NCBI GenBank assembly: GCA_032718475.1
Contig: JAUCBJ010003461.1
Coordinates: forward strand, 1 to 61,548
DNA from: Nemertoderma westbladi
Taxonomy: Eukaryota; Animalia; Xenacoelomorpha
DNA: 61,548 bases
Reading direction: 5' to 3'
Position numbers and translations under genes: made by a program. Positions 1 to 12,500 of this stretch are shown in pieces; the first letter of the stretch is position 1, and each line of letters starts with the position of its first letter. A model generated the notes under the pieces. That model worked only from the letters and a program-made list of their open reading frames with translations, ran no database searches and had not been told where the DNA came from.

Positions 1-1782
1 ATGTAGTTATTAAGGGAATGTTAACACCATATGTGGCGGGCGTTGTGCGACCGCAGCGAGCGGAAATTTTTTTGACTTTATAAACAGTAAAAACGTTACT
101 GGAAATAGAGTATGTAGCTATTAAGTGAATGTTACCACTATATGTGGCGGGCGCTGCGCGAGCGAAGCGAGCGGAAATTTTTTTGACTTTATAAACAATA
201 AAAACGTTAATCGAAATAGATAATGTAGTTATTAAGGAAATGTTAACACTATATGTGGCGGGCGTTTCGCAAGCGTAGCGAGTGGAATTTTGTTTTAATT
301 TATAAACAATGAAAATGTTAATCGAAATAGATTATGTAGTCATTAAGTGAATGTTAAGACTATATGTGGCGGGCGTTGCACGAGCGTAGCGAGCGAAATT
401 TTTTTGACTTTATAAACAGTAAAAACGTTAATGGAAATAGACTATGTAGTTATTAAGGGAATGTAAACACCATATGTGGCGGATGTTGTGCGAGCGCAGC
501 GAGTGAAAATTTTTTTGACTTTATAAACAGTAAAAATGTTAATGAAAATAGACTATGTAGTTATTAAGGGAATGTAAACACCATATGTGGCGGGTGTTGT
601 GCGAGCGCAGCGAGCGAAAATTTTTTTGAGTTTATAAACAGTAAAAACGTTAATGGAAATAGAGTATGTAGCTAGTAAGTGAATGTTAACACTATATGTG
701 GCGGGCATTGCGCGAGCGAAGCGAGCGGAATTTTTTTTGACTTTATAAACAATAAAAACGTTAATCGAAATAGATAATGTAGTTATTAAGGAAATGTTAA
801 CACTATATGTGGCGGGCGTTTCGCAAGCGTAGCGAGTGGAATTTTGTTTTAATTTATAAACAATAAAAACGTTAATCGAAATAGATTATGTAGTCATTAA
901 GTGAATGTTAAGACTATATGTGGCGGGCGTTGCACGAGCGTAGAGAGCGAAAATTTTTTTGACTTTATAAACAGTAAAAACGTTAATGGAAATAGACTAT
1001 GTAGTTATTAAGGGAATGTAAACACCATCTGTGGCGGGTGTTGTGCGAGCGCAGCGAGCGAAAATTTTTTTGAGTTTATAAACAGTAAAAACATTAATGG
1101 AAATAGAGTATGTAGCTAGTAAGTGAATGTTAACACTATATGTGGCGGGTGTTGTGCGAGCGCAGCGAGCGAAAATTTTTTTGAGTTTATAAACAGTAAA
1201 AACGTTAATGGAAATAGAGTATGTAGCTAGTAAGTGAATGTTAACACTATATGTGGCGGGCATTGCGCGAGCGAAGCGAGCGGAATTTTTTTTGACTTTA
1301 TAAACAATAAAAACGTTAATCGAAATAGATAATGTAGTTATTAAGGAAATGTTAACACTATATGTGGCGGGCGTTTCGCAAGCGTAGCGAGTGGAATTTT
1401 GTTTTAATTTATAAACAATAAAAACGTTAATCGAAATAGATTATGTAGTCATTAAGTGAATGTTAAGACTATATGTGGCGGGCGTTGCACGAGCGTAGCG
1501 AGCGAAAATTTTTTTGACTTTATAAACAGTAAAAACGTTAATGGAAATAGACTATGTAGTTATTAAGGGAATGTAAACACCATCTGTGGCGGGTGTTGTG
1601 CGAGCGCAGCGAGCGAAAATTTTTTTGAGTTTATAAACAGTAAAAACATTAATGGAAATAGAGTATGTAGCTAGTAAGTGAATGTTAACACTATATGTGG
1701 CGGGCATTGCGCGAGCGAAGCGAGCGGAAATTTTTTTGACTTCATAAACAATAAAAACGTTAATCGAAATAGAATATGTAGT
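1..1782. repeat. 111-bp tandem satellite, 16 monomers visible (open at the left edge), with 4-5-mer higher-order structure
   Basis: atgtag monomer starts at 1, 112, 223, 334, 444, 555, 666, 777, 888, 999, 1110, 1221, 1332, 1443, 1554, 1665 and 1776. Each monomer has tgtggcggg...gcgagcg(a/c/t)agcgag...aaattttttt...tttataaaca. Confidence 0.97.
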
Positions 1783-1794
1783 GGTACAGATGAT

Positions 1795-4700
1795 GGGGCG
1801 TCGGTCGCTCCGCTCCCTCCGCAAAACTGTAAAAGGTTTGTAAATAGTATAATTAAGAATATTACACAACCTTCTAAGACAATACACTAATATAGGTTAA
1901 AGTTAAAGTCAAATGCTTAACTAATAAACCTATCTAATATCAATACTTAGAAAAATTTAACTTAAAAAAATTTTTTTTTTTTAAATTCGTTTTAGTGACT
2001 CGAATTTCATTTCCTTGTATGTAATTAATGATTCTAAGCACTTTTCATCTGGAAACTTTTTCACCTAAGTGAATTCTTTTTGGTAAAAATTGAGTTTTAA
2101 AGTTTTCCGTTTTCGACGATGGCACTTTTCGATCAACGCGAGGTACATTTGAAAAATTTTCATATCTCTGGAACCGCTGGGTCTTTTTCAAAAATTTAAA
2201 AACTGGCGTGTAGCCCGTCGCAAATGATGACGATCCGAATGTATAATTGAAATAAAATAAGCACAGCTAGGCCTAGGTACCAGTACAAACACCCGTTTAG
2301 GCATACCAATGTTCCGAAGGCTATATCTCGAAAAATATCGACGGTATGAAAAATCCGAATACATGGTTCGAAGCGTATCGAAGAGGCGAATATTATTGCC
2401 GTTGAAAGTTTTCGAATATCTCTTATGGTTCTCGACTTATTCATCAATGATCTTTGGAGATCCGGTTTTTTTTTGGTAAAGTCTGATTTTCGGAGCAGCT
2501 GTCATCCGCATCTTGAAACGCGATACATTGTTGGAAGCGCGCCACCTTTCTAAACATTCATATTATTTAAAAAAATTTATCGACCGAGTCTTCATAGAGC
2601 GATCTTTAAAGATCATACGTCAGACTTTGGATCTTCATATCTCCGGTACCGGTAGGCCAATCGAGTTGGAATTTCTTTTAATCACCTAGAAACAGTCCAG
2701 TAAACAATTTCTATTAAGAAAATTAAGCTCCAAATGTCTTAGAAAAAATTTTATTTTTACGATCTTTTCAAAGATCATGATCTTGATGAAAAATTAATTT
2801 TGACGTTTTGAAATTTTGGCTACCCCCCCTAAATCGGGGATGAGAAACACTTTTGACTTTGACCACTTTTCGATTGGAGCACTCCTTCTCTGTCCGATTC
2901 GCGGTCAAACACGATCTTTACGATCTTTTACTGATCACGGACGGAAAGTTGATCGATATTACACCAAAAAGAAGTTTCCTAGGGTTTGGACCTTCCTCCA
3001 TCCAACTGCGTTGGTCCCATCTTCCGGGGTGACGATCTTCCCAAAAAAATAAGCTTTTTAAAATTGCTACCCTAAAAATGGGTCAAAAACGGGTCAAAAT
3101 CGACCCAGCGGGTTAACGGTCGATCGGATCGGTCCCAAACTAGTCTTGTGACTTAGTTGGCCCATTCTGGGGGGGGTCTAGGAACATCTTATTGGTGGTT
3201 TTCGCCTACTTTCAGAGATAGCCTTCTTCAATCTAAAAAAGGCTACCCCTAAAGCGCGATAAACGCCTAACATATGGTTCGAGGAACAACTCGAAGGGTG
3301 GGGGGGCGGGGGGATATAAGACGATCGTAGATCAACAATCCTTGCCGATTGGGCCCAAAACATCCAGGGAAAAAACTAGGGCACTCTTTATAGCCGAGTG
3401 GGGCACTTATAAGTCACAGACGTATGGCGTCGCCGTGCAGTAGGACCCCACCAGGGGGTATACTACCAGAGGGTCGTATAGTAAAGTGTTAGTAAAACAG
3501 GGAGTCCAACAGCAGGCTGAGGAGGAGGACAGGTTGGGGGGCATATTATGACACCCCCGCCATTGCTGGCGAGAATAGATTTCTTATTGTGAATTTCTGT
3601 AAGCCCATCACATTGTATACTTTTTGTCAAAGGTTTAATGTTGTAAATATATGCAACTATGTAACAAACACTCACCCAAGTAGTTGTATATGTGACTTGA
3701 ATATTATTAACAATTAATTTTTTGCGAAAAGTATTATGAGTTGTAAGGATGGAAAATATTTATATGACGCTGTTGGAAATTATCGCAAGCTTCGATTTAC
3801 ATGTAGTTAATAATATTGTAGGTAAAATGCGCGCGGGGGAGGGGGGGGGGGGGGGGCGAGCGAAGCGAGCGAAAAATTTTTGTACTTTTTTTTTTACGTA
3901 AATTGTAAAATTCTAGAACCACCGAACCTACCAACCCATTCATATAATCCCCCCCCATCCCCCCCAAGGGGGGGCAGTAACCCAGGGGTTTTAGTTTTGG
4001 GGGCTCCGGTCGCTCCGCTCCCTCCGCCAACTGACTGTATATTAGATTAAGCCTCGTTCCTGGTCCAAACTAAATTTTAACCAAAAAAAATTTTAAAATT
4101 CATTTTAGTGACTCGAATTTCATCCCCTTGTATGTAATTTATGATTCTGAGCACTTTTCATCTGGAGACTTTTTCATCAAAATCAATTCTTCATGGTGAA
4201 AATTGAGATTTAAAATTTTTCGTTTTCGACGATGGCACTTTTCGATCGACGCGAGGTACATTTGAAAAATTTTCATATCTCTGCAACCGCTGGGTCTTTT
4301 TCAGAAATTTAAAAACTGGCGTGTAGCCCGTCGCCAATCATTAAGATTCCAATGTTTAAATCACTCCAATCGTGTACAGCTAGGCCTAGGTACCGGTACA
4401 AAGACCCGTTTTGGCATACCCACGTTTCGAAGGCTATATCTCTAAAAATATCGACGCTACGAAAAATCCAAATACATGATTGGAAGCGCATTGAAGAGGC
4501 GAATATTATTGCCGTTGAAAGTTTTTTCATAGCCCCTACGGTTCTCGACTTATTCGGCAATGATCTTTGAAGATCCGGTTTTTTTTTGGTAAAGTCTGAT
4601 TTCCGGAGCAGCTGTCATCCGCAACGTGGAACGCGATGCGTGGTTGGGTGCGCGCGACCTTTCTAAACATTCATTTAATTTAAAAAAAATTACCGACCGA

Positions 4701-7700
4701 GTCATCATGGGGTGATCTTTAAAGATCACACGTCAGACTTTGGATCTTTGTATCTCCGGTACGGGTAGGCCTATCGAGTTGAAATTTCTTTTAATCAACT
4801 CGCAACAGTCCAGTCAACAATTTCTATTAAGAAAATTAAGTCCCAAATAGCTTTAAAGTTAAAGATCATTTACGATCTTTTCGACGATCATGATCTTGGT
4901 CAAGAATTAATTTTGAGAAATTGGGCTTCCGGCTACCCCCCACAATTCGGGGACGAGAAAGACGATGGGCTAGACCATTTTCAGATGTGGAAACTCCTTC
5001 TCTGTCCGATTCGCGATCAAACACGATCTTCATGATCTTTTACTGATCACGGACTCAAAGTTGATCGATATTACACCAAAAAGACTTTTTGGGGGGTTTG
5101 GACCTTGCTCTTTCGAACTGCGTTGGCCCCTTGTTCACTAGTTATGCGGTTTTCTCAAACAAATGCTTTAAAAATTTCTTCTCCGAAAAATGGGAAAAAA
5201 CGGGTCAAAATGGACCCAGCGGGTTACCCGTCGGCCGGATCGCTCCAAAAAAACCTCTATGGACTTTTCAGCCGATTCTGGGGGGGGGTCTAGGAACATC
5301 TTATTGGTGGTTCTTGCTTACTTCTCGAGATAAGCTTCATCTCCTTTTTTTCTGTATCCCTAAAGAGCTAACGCAAGACTAGGGTGGCCGTCTTCGACTT
5401 TGTCTTCGTCTTTGTGGCCGTTTTAGATTTAATATTGCTGCGCATACGCGAACACTTCGTTTTGGGGCCAGAACATCCAGGGAAAAAACTAGGGCACTCT
5501 TTATAGCCGAGTGGGGCACTTGTAGTCACAGACGTATGGCGTACAGCAGTAGGACCCCACCAGGGGGTATACTACCAGAGGATATTATAGCAAGTGTTGA
5601 TAAAACAGGGAGTCCAACAGCAGGCTGATGAGGACAGGTTGGGGGGCATATTATGACACCCCCGCCATTGCTGGCGAGAATACAACCATTGCTGGCGAGA
5701 ATAGATTTCTTATTGTGAATTTCTGTAAGCCCATCACATTGTATACTTTTTGTCAAAGGTTTAATGTTGTAAATATATGCAACTATGTTACAAACACTCA
5801 CCCAAGTAGTTGTATATGTGACTTGAATATTATTAACAATTTATTTTTTGCGAAAAGTATTATGAGTTGTAAGGGTGGAAAATATTGATATGACGCTGTT
5901 GGAAATTATCGTAAGCTTCGATTTACATGTAGTTAATAAAAGTGTAGGTAAAATCCGCGCGGGGGGGGGGGGGGGGGGGGCGCGAGCGAAGCGAGCGAAA
6001 AATTTTTTTACTTTTTTTTTTACGTAAATTGTAAAATTCTAGAACCACCGAACCTACCAACCCATTTATATAGTCCCCCCCCCATCCCCCCCAAGGGGGG
6101 GCAGTAACCCAGGGGTTTTAGTTTTGGGGGCTCCGGTCGCTCCGCTCCCTCCGCCAACTGACTGTATATTAGATTAAACCTCGTTCCTGGTCCAAACTAA
6201 ATTTTAACCAAAAAAAAATTTAAAATTCATTTTAGTGACTCGAATTTCATCCCCTTGTAAGTAATTAATGATTCTGAGCACTTTTCGTCTGGAGACTTTT
6301 TCATCAAAATCAATTCTTTATGGTGAAAATTGAGATTTAAAATTTTTCGTTTTCGACGATGGCACTTTTCGATCGACGCGAGGTACATTTGAAAAATTTT
6401 CATATCTCTGCAACCGCTGGGTCTTTTTCAGAAATTTAAAAACTGGCGTATAGCCAGTCGCGAATCATTAAGATTCCAATGTTTAAATCGCTCAAATCGT
6501 GTACAGCTAGGCCTAGGTACCGGTACAAAGACCCGTTTTGGCATACCCACGTTTCGAAGGCTATATCTCGAAAAATATCGACGCTACGAAAAATCCAAAT
6601 ACATGGTTGGAAGCGCATTGGAGAGGCGAATATTATTGCCGTTGAAAGTTTTTTCATAGCCCTTAGGGTTCTCGACTTATTCGGCAATGATCTTTGAAGA
6701 TCCGGTTTTTTTTTGGTAAAGTCTGATTTCCGGAGCAGCAGTCATCCGCAACGTGGAACGCGATGCATGGTTGGATGCTCGCGACCTTTCTAAACATTCA
6801 TTTAATTTAAAAAAAATTACCGACCGAGTTATCATAGGGTGATCTTTAAAGATCATACATCAGACTTTGGATCTTTGTATCTCCGGTACGGGTAGGCCTA
6901 TCGAGTTGAAATTTCTTTTAATCAACTCGCAACAGTCCTGTCAACAATTTCTATTAAGAAAATTAAGTCCCAAATAGCTTTAAAGTTAAAGATCATTTAT
7001 GATCTTTTCGACGATCGTGATCTTGGTCAAGAATTAAATTTGAGAAATTGGGCTTCCGGCTACCCCCCACAATTCGGGGACGAGAAAGACGATGAGCTAG
7101 ACCATTTTCAGATTTGGAAACTCCTTCTCTGTCCGATTCGGGGTCAAACCTGATCTTTATGATCTTTTACTGATCACGGACGCAAAGTTGATCGATATTA
7201 CACCAAAAAGACTTTTTGGGGGGTTTGGACCTTGCTCTTTCGAACTGCGTTGGTCCCATGTTCAGGGGTTACGCGGTTTTCTCAAACAAATGCTTTAAAA
7301 ATTTCTTCTCCGAAAAATGGGAAAAAACGGGTCAAAATGGACCCAGCGGGTTACCCGTCGGCCGGATCGCTCCAAAAAAACCTCTATGGACTTTTCAGCC
7401 GATTCTGGGGGGGGGTCTAGGAACATCTTATTGGTGGTTCTTGCTTACTTTCGAGATAAGCTTCTCCTCCGCAAAAATGGTATCCCTAAAGAGCTAACGC
7501 AAGACTAGGGTGGCCGTCTTCGACTTTGTCTTCGTCTTTGTGGCCGTTTTAGATTTAATATTGCTGCGCATACGCGAACACTTCGTTTTTGGGGCCAATA
7601 CATCCAGGGAAAAAACTAGGGCACTCTTTATAGCCGAGTGGGGCACTTGTAGTCACAGACGTATGGCGTACAGCAGTAGGACCCCACCAGGGGGTATACT

Positions 7701-10560
7701 ACCAGAGGATATTATAGCAAGTGTTGATAAAACAGGGAGTCCAACAGCAGGCTGATGAGGACAGGTTGGGGGGCATATTATGACACCCCCGCCATTGCTG
7801 GCGAGAATACAACCATTGCTGGCGAGAATAGATTTCTTATTGTGAATTTCTGTAAGCCCATCACATTGTATACTTTTTGTCAAAGGTTTAATGTTGTAAA
7901 TATATGCAACTATGTTACAAACACTCACCCAAGTAGTTGTATATGTGACTTGAATATTATTAACAATTTATTTTTTGCGAAAAGTATTATGAGTTGTAAG
8001 GGTGGAAAATATTGATATGACGCTGTTGGAAATTATCGTAAGCTTCGATTTACATGTAGTTAATAAAAGTGTAGGTAAAATCCGCGCGGGGGGGGGGGGG
8101 GGGGGCGCGAGCGAAGCGAGCGAAAAATTTTTTTACTTTTTTTTTTACGTAAATTGTAAAATTCTAGAACCACCGAACCTACCAACCCATTTATATAGTC
8201 CCCCCCCCATCCCCCCCAAGGGGGGGCAGTAACCCAGGGGTTTTAGTTTTGGGGGCTCCGGTCGCTCCGCTCCCTCCGCCAACTGACTGTATATTAGATT
8301 AAACCTCGTTCCTGGTCCAAACTAAATTTTAACCAAAAAAAAATTTAAAATTCATTTTAGTGACTCGAATTTCATCCCCTTGTAAGTAATTAATGATTCT
8401 GAGCACTTTTCGTCTGGAGACTTTTTCATCAAAATCAATTCTTTATGGTGAAAATTGAGATTTAAAATTTTTCGTTTTCGACGATGGCACTTTTCGATCG
8501 ACGCGAGGTACATTTGAAAAATTTTCATATCTCTGCAACCGCTGGGTCTTTTTCAGAAATTTAAAAACTGGCGTATAGCCAGTCGCGAATCATTAAGATT
8601 CCAATGTTTAAATCGCTCAAATCGTGTACAGCTAGGCCTAGGTACCGGTACAAAGACCCGTTTTGGCATACCCACGTTTCGAAGGCTATATCTCGAAAAA
8701 TATCGACGCTACGAAAAATCCAAATACATGGTTGGAAGCGCATTGGAGAGGCGAATATTATTGCCGTTGAAAGTTTTTTCATAGCCCTTAGGGTTCTCGA
8801 CTTATTCGGCAATGATCTTTGAAGATCCGGTTTTTTTTTGGTAAAGTCTGATTTCCGGAGCAGCAGTCATCCGCAACGTGGAACGCGATGCATGGTTGGA
8901 TGCTCGCGACCTTTCTAAACATTCATTTAATTTAAAAAAAATTACCGACCGAGTTATCATAGGGTGATCTTTAAAGATCATACATCAGACTTTGGATCTT
9001 TGTATCTCCGGTACGGGTAGGCCTATCGAGTTGAAATTTCTTTTAATCAACTCGCAACAGTCCTGTCAACAATTTCTATTAAGAAAATTAAGTCCCAAAT
9101 AGCTTTAAAGTTAAAGATCATTTATGATCTTTTCGACGATCGTGATCTTGGTCAAGAATTAAATTTGAGAAATTGGGCTTCCGGCTACCCCCCACAATTC
9201 GGGGACGAGAAAGACGATGAGCTAGACCATTTTCAGATTTGGAAACTCCTTCTCTGTCCGATTCGGGGTCAAACCTGATCTTTATGATCTTTTACTGATC
9301 ACGGACGCAAAGTTGATCGATATTACACCAAAAAGACTTTTTGGGGGGTTTGGACCTTGCTCTTTCGAACTGCGTTGGCCCCTTGTTCACTAGTTATGCG
9401 GTTTTCTCAAACAAATGCTTTAAAAATTTCTTCTCCGAAAAATGGGAAAAAACGGGTCAAAATGGACCCAGCGGGTTACCCGTCGGCCGGATCGCTCCAA
9501 AAAAACCTCTATGGACTTTTCAGCCGATTCTGGGGGGGGGTCTAGGAACATCTTATTGGTGGTTCTTGCTTACTTTCGAGATAAGCTTCATCTCTGAAAA
9601 TTCTGTATCCCTAAAGAGCTAACGCAAGACTAGGGTGGCCGTCTTCGACTTTGTCTTCGTCTTTGTGGCCGTTTTAGATTTAATATTGCTGCGCATACGC
9701 GAACACTTCGTTTTGGGGCCAGAACATCCAGAGTGAAACCGGGATGCTGGCACTCTCTGTAGCCGAGTGGGGGCACTTTTAATCACAGACGTAGGAGGGA
9801 GGGTAGTCACACCGCAGCCGAGCTCCTGTAAGTAACGGATGTAGGAGGTAGTTTTACGACACCTGGACCGGACGTCCGAGTCGAGTGCATGTAAGTAACG
9901 GATGTAGGAGGTAGTTGTACAACACCTGAACCGGGGATTATGCCACACGTTTGTCATTGTCCTAAGCCAGGGCACTCACAATCCATCGCATGGTGAGGTA
10001 GAGTCCATCGCATGGTTAGGTAATAATCGCATGGGCAAAATGTGGCACCCTTTCAAAAATCAAAGATATATTTTACAATTAGCACCCTTGCAAGAATTTA
10101 TTTATTATCAAAGATGTATTTTACAATTGATGAAATATTATTAACTGACTGTATTGGGAAACAATTGTCGTAGGCCTCGATTTGTAGAGTGTGTGGGGGG
10201 GGGGGGGGGTCCCCCCCACCCCCCCCCCCCCCTTTCCCTCCAGTTATCAACACTCGTAGCAAGGGGTGGGGGGGGGGGGGTCCCCCCCCCCACCCCCCCC
10301 CCCCCCCCACCCCTCCCCACATATGATATACGGTTGGGGTGGGGGTGAAGGTGGGGAAGGGTGTGGGGGTGTAGGTGATAAGAGTTGGGGTGAGGGTGTG
10401 GAGTGTCCTGTTGGGGGGCGGGGGGGGGGGGGGGGTGGGGGGGGGTATCGGAACATCTTATTGTTTGTTCTCACTTACTTTCTGACAGTTATCAACTCTC
10501 GGATCAGTTGAAAAAATGTTATCCGTGTTGGGGGCGTCGGTCGCTTCGCTCCCTCCGCCA
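1795..10560. repeat. Head-to-tail array of about four 2.1-2.3-kb non-coding units, possibly a concatemer of a non-autonomous Helentron/Helitron-like element
   Basis: The motif ggtcgct(c/t)cgctccctccgc recurs at 1803, 4008, 6135, 8260 and 10539 (spacing 2205/2127/2125/2279). Units 2-4 are near-identical up to ~9730 and unit 1 is more diverged. The element class is inferred only from a sub-terminal imperfect IR and a C7-AA-G7 hairpin. Confidence 0.9.
10195..10446. repeat. Cluster of alternating poly-G/poly-C tracts (G-quadruplex/foldback potential)
   Basis: Multiple G and C runs of 8-18 nt are visible. Confidence 0.85.
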
Positions 10561-10795
10561 TGTTAGAAAGGGTCACCTTAATCCGCCAATATTATTTATT
10601 ATTATTATTAAATAATATGTCTTAAGAAAAAATAAATAAACACAAATATTTATCGGGAAATTTAATAACAAGAAATTATCATCAAATTGCACACAATGAC
10701 AATTTAATACAAAAAAATCCCCTCCACCCCCATATCTGGGAGTGTCTGCACCCTCGCATTAAACCCCCCCCCCCACTCCCAATATCTCATAGGGT

Positions 10796-11095
10796 CTATG
10801 AGTTCCCATTAGGTGCGTTCCTTCTCCCGACATCTTGTTCATCCTCATTTAACATTCTAACATCCGATTCATCTGCTGGCCCGCCCTGTTTTTCTTTTTC
10901 CGTGTCTTCAAGTTGTCGTTCAACTTCCTTGGCGACGGGTACTGGTACAACATCATCATCATGTATATCCTTCATTAGTACATAAGGATTGTATCGACGC
11001 CCTCCGCGTCCGCGAGAATTCATACGTCCTCGTCTTCCGTAATTGTTTATTATATTAATTTTGGGGTTGCGACCATTAATGTTAATCCTATCCAT
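10796..11095 (-). CDS. 99-aa micro-protein: MDRININ N-terminus, RG-rich segment, RRYNPY (PY-NLS-like), acidic C-half; paralog of 11888-12253
   Basis: ATG-started open frame. It shares the N-terminus, R-x-x-PY, DV(V)PVP and the PN(G/E)NS-stop end with the adjacent ORF, plus homologous upstream and downstream flanks. Confidence 0.6.
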   Translation of the reverse strand: MDRININGRNPKINIINNYGRRGRMNSRGRGGRRYNPYVLMKDIHDDDVVPVPVAKEVERQLEDTEKEKQGGPADESDVRMLNEDEQDVGRRNAPNGNS

Positions 11096-11277
11096 GTTTC
11101 TAGACTAGGTATGCTTAATAATGAATTTGGTGCACACCACTTGTTTGTTTTTTTAAATAGCGCATTTAGAGGAAAAGGAACAGGTTAATGACGCGGTCTT
11201 TTCTAAGCAAAACAATAAACGATCTCTTTGCCATTTCAGGGAAACCATATGCTGAGACAGTCAGTAGTCACATGGTC

Positions 11278-11528
11278 TGAATCAATTGTCACGCAATTAT
11301 GCAAGTGAATGAATTGTCACGCAATTATGCAAGTGAATGAATTGTCACGCAATTATGCAAGTGAATCAATTGTCGCGCAATTATGCAAGTGAATCAATTG
11401 TCACGTAATTATGTCAGTGAATCAATTGTCACGTAATTATGTCAGTGAATCAATTGTCACGTAATTATGTCAGTGAATCAATTGTCACGTAATTATGTAA
11501 GTGAATCAATTGTTACGTAATTATGTAA
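11278..11528. repeat. 28-bp minisatellite (gtgaatcaattgtcacgyaattatgyma), about 9 copies
   Basis: aattgtcacg recurs at 11284, 11312, 11340 and onward. Confidence 0.95.
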
Positions 11529-11887
11529 TTATGTTAATGAGCTATGTATTGTTTATCTTAATGAGCTATGTTATGTCTTCCTTTAAAGAGAGTAATTATA
11601 TGTCGGGATATTTGAGAATTAAAAATGGCAAAACGGCAGATTACTTTTTTGGCATTTTGGAAAAGTTTTACACTTAACTAAGCTTTAGTCTTTTTAGTCA
11701 AATAATAAGTTTTGAGAGAAAATAAAGAAACAAGAAATATTTGTCGCAAAATTTAATAACAATAAATTATCATCAACCAGCACAGGATGAGAATTAAACA
11801 GGAACCTACGTATAAGTTGAGTTCGCGTTTGGTCCCACCGGTCCCACCTACCCGAGTTCGCGCATGGTCCCACCTACCCGCGAGGCA

Positions 11888-12253
11888 CTATGAGTTCTCA
11901 TTAGGTACCGGTACATCCGGCTGTGCATCCGGCTGTGGTTTTGAGTTCGCATCTCCGTCGCCCGTCCGTGGCCCGCCCGGTTCTTGTGTTCCAGGTACCG
12001 GTACATCCGGCTGTGCATCCGGCTGTGCTTTTCCGTGGCCGCCCGGTTCTTGTGTTCCAGGTACCGGTACATCCGGCTGTGCATCCGGCTGTTTAAAAGT
12101 TGCGGGATCGATATGATATGGTTGGAATCTTGGGCCTCGGCCTCGTCCTCGGCCCCGTCCTCGGCCTCGACCCCCCCACCGTCGCCCACGACCTTGTCTT
12201 CCGTCCATAATATTTATTGTTGCATTTGGACAATTTATATTTATTCTGTCCAT
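11888..12253 (-). CDS. 121-aa micro-protein: MDRININ N-terminus, (GR)n tract, RFQPY (PY-NLS-like), three QPDAQPDVPVP repeats
   Basis: ATG-started open frame with both ends conserved with 10796-11095 despite a diverged middle. Confidence 0.6.
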   Translation of the reverse strand: MDRININCPNATINIMDGRQGRGRRWGGRGRGRGRGRGRGPRFQPYHIDPATFKQPDAQPDVPVPGTQEPGGHGKAQPDAQPDVPVPGTQEPGGPRTGDGDANSKPQPDAQPDVPVPNENS

Positions 12254-12278
12254 GATGGTCTAGGTATGCTTAATAATT

Positions 12279-12500
12279 AATTTGGTGCACACCACTTGCG
12301 TTTGTTTTTTTTAAATAGCGCATTTTTTTTAAATTGCGCATTTGGAGGAAAAGGAGCAGGTTACAGAGGCGGGCTTTTCTTACCAAAACAATAAACGATC
12401 ACTTTTACATTTGAGTGAACCCATATGGTCAGACAGTTAGTAGTCACTCTATGCTCTATAACCAAAAAAAATCGCACAGCCAAGTGGTGTGCACCAAATT
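12279..12500. promoter_or_regulatory. Candidate divergent promoter cassette bounded by a perfect 20-bp inverted repeat, each arm preceded by a TATA-like word
   Basis: aatttggtgcacaccacttg at 12279-12298 and its reverse complement at 12481-12500. TATTTAAA lies on the minus strand at ~12310-12317 and TATAA on the plus strand at 12457-12461. A third copy of the 20-mer (11124-11143) lies upstream of the other micro-ORF. Confidence 0.45.

Noticed and set aside
5370-5800. Possible spliced Cys-rich or basic peptide gene in each 2.1-kb unit (GTGAGT...TTACAG intron-like segment; LGYKECPSFFPGCSGPKTKC)
   Set aside because: There is an in-frame stop and the frame is not conserved between units 1, 2/3 and 4. 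No recognisable domain.
997-9975. Short ORFs in the satellite and 2.1-kb units (e.g. 997-1263, 4309-4560, 9619-9975)
   Set aside because: They recur only because the DNA is repeated. Many have non-ATG starts and none has a recognisable domain.
1795-12253. Endogenous ssDNA virus (parvo/anello-like GAGC motifs, GC hairpins, Arg-rich small ORFs)
   Set aside because: No Rep/NS1 or capsid ORF is present. The motifs are short and are better explained by invertebrate non-autonomous repeats.
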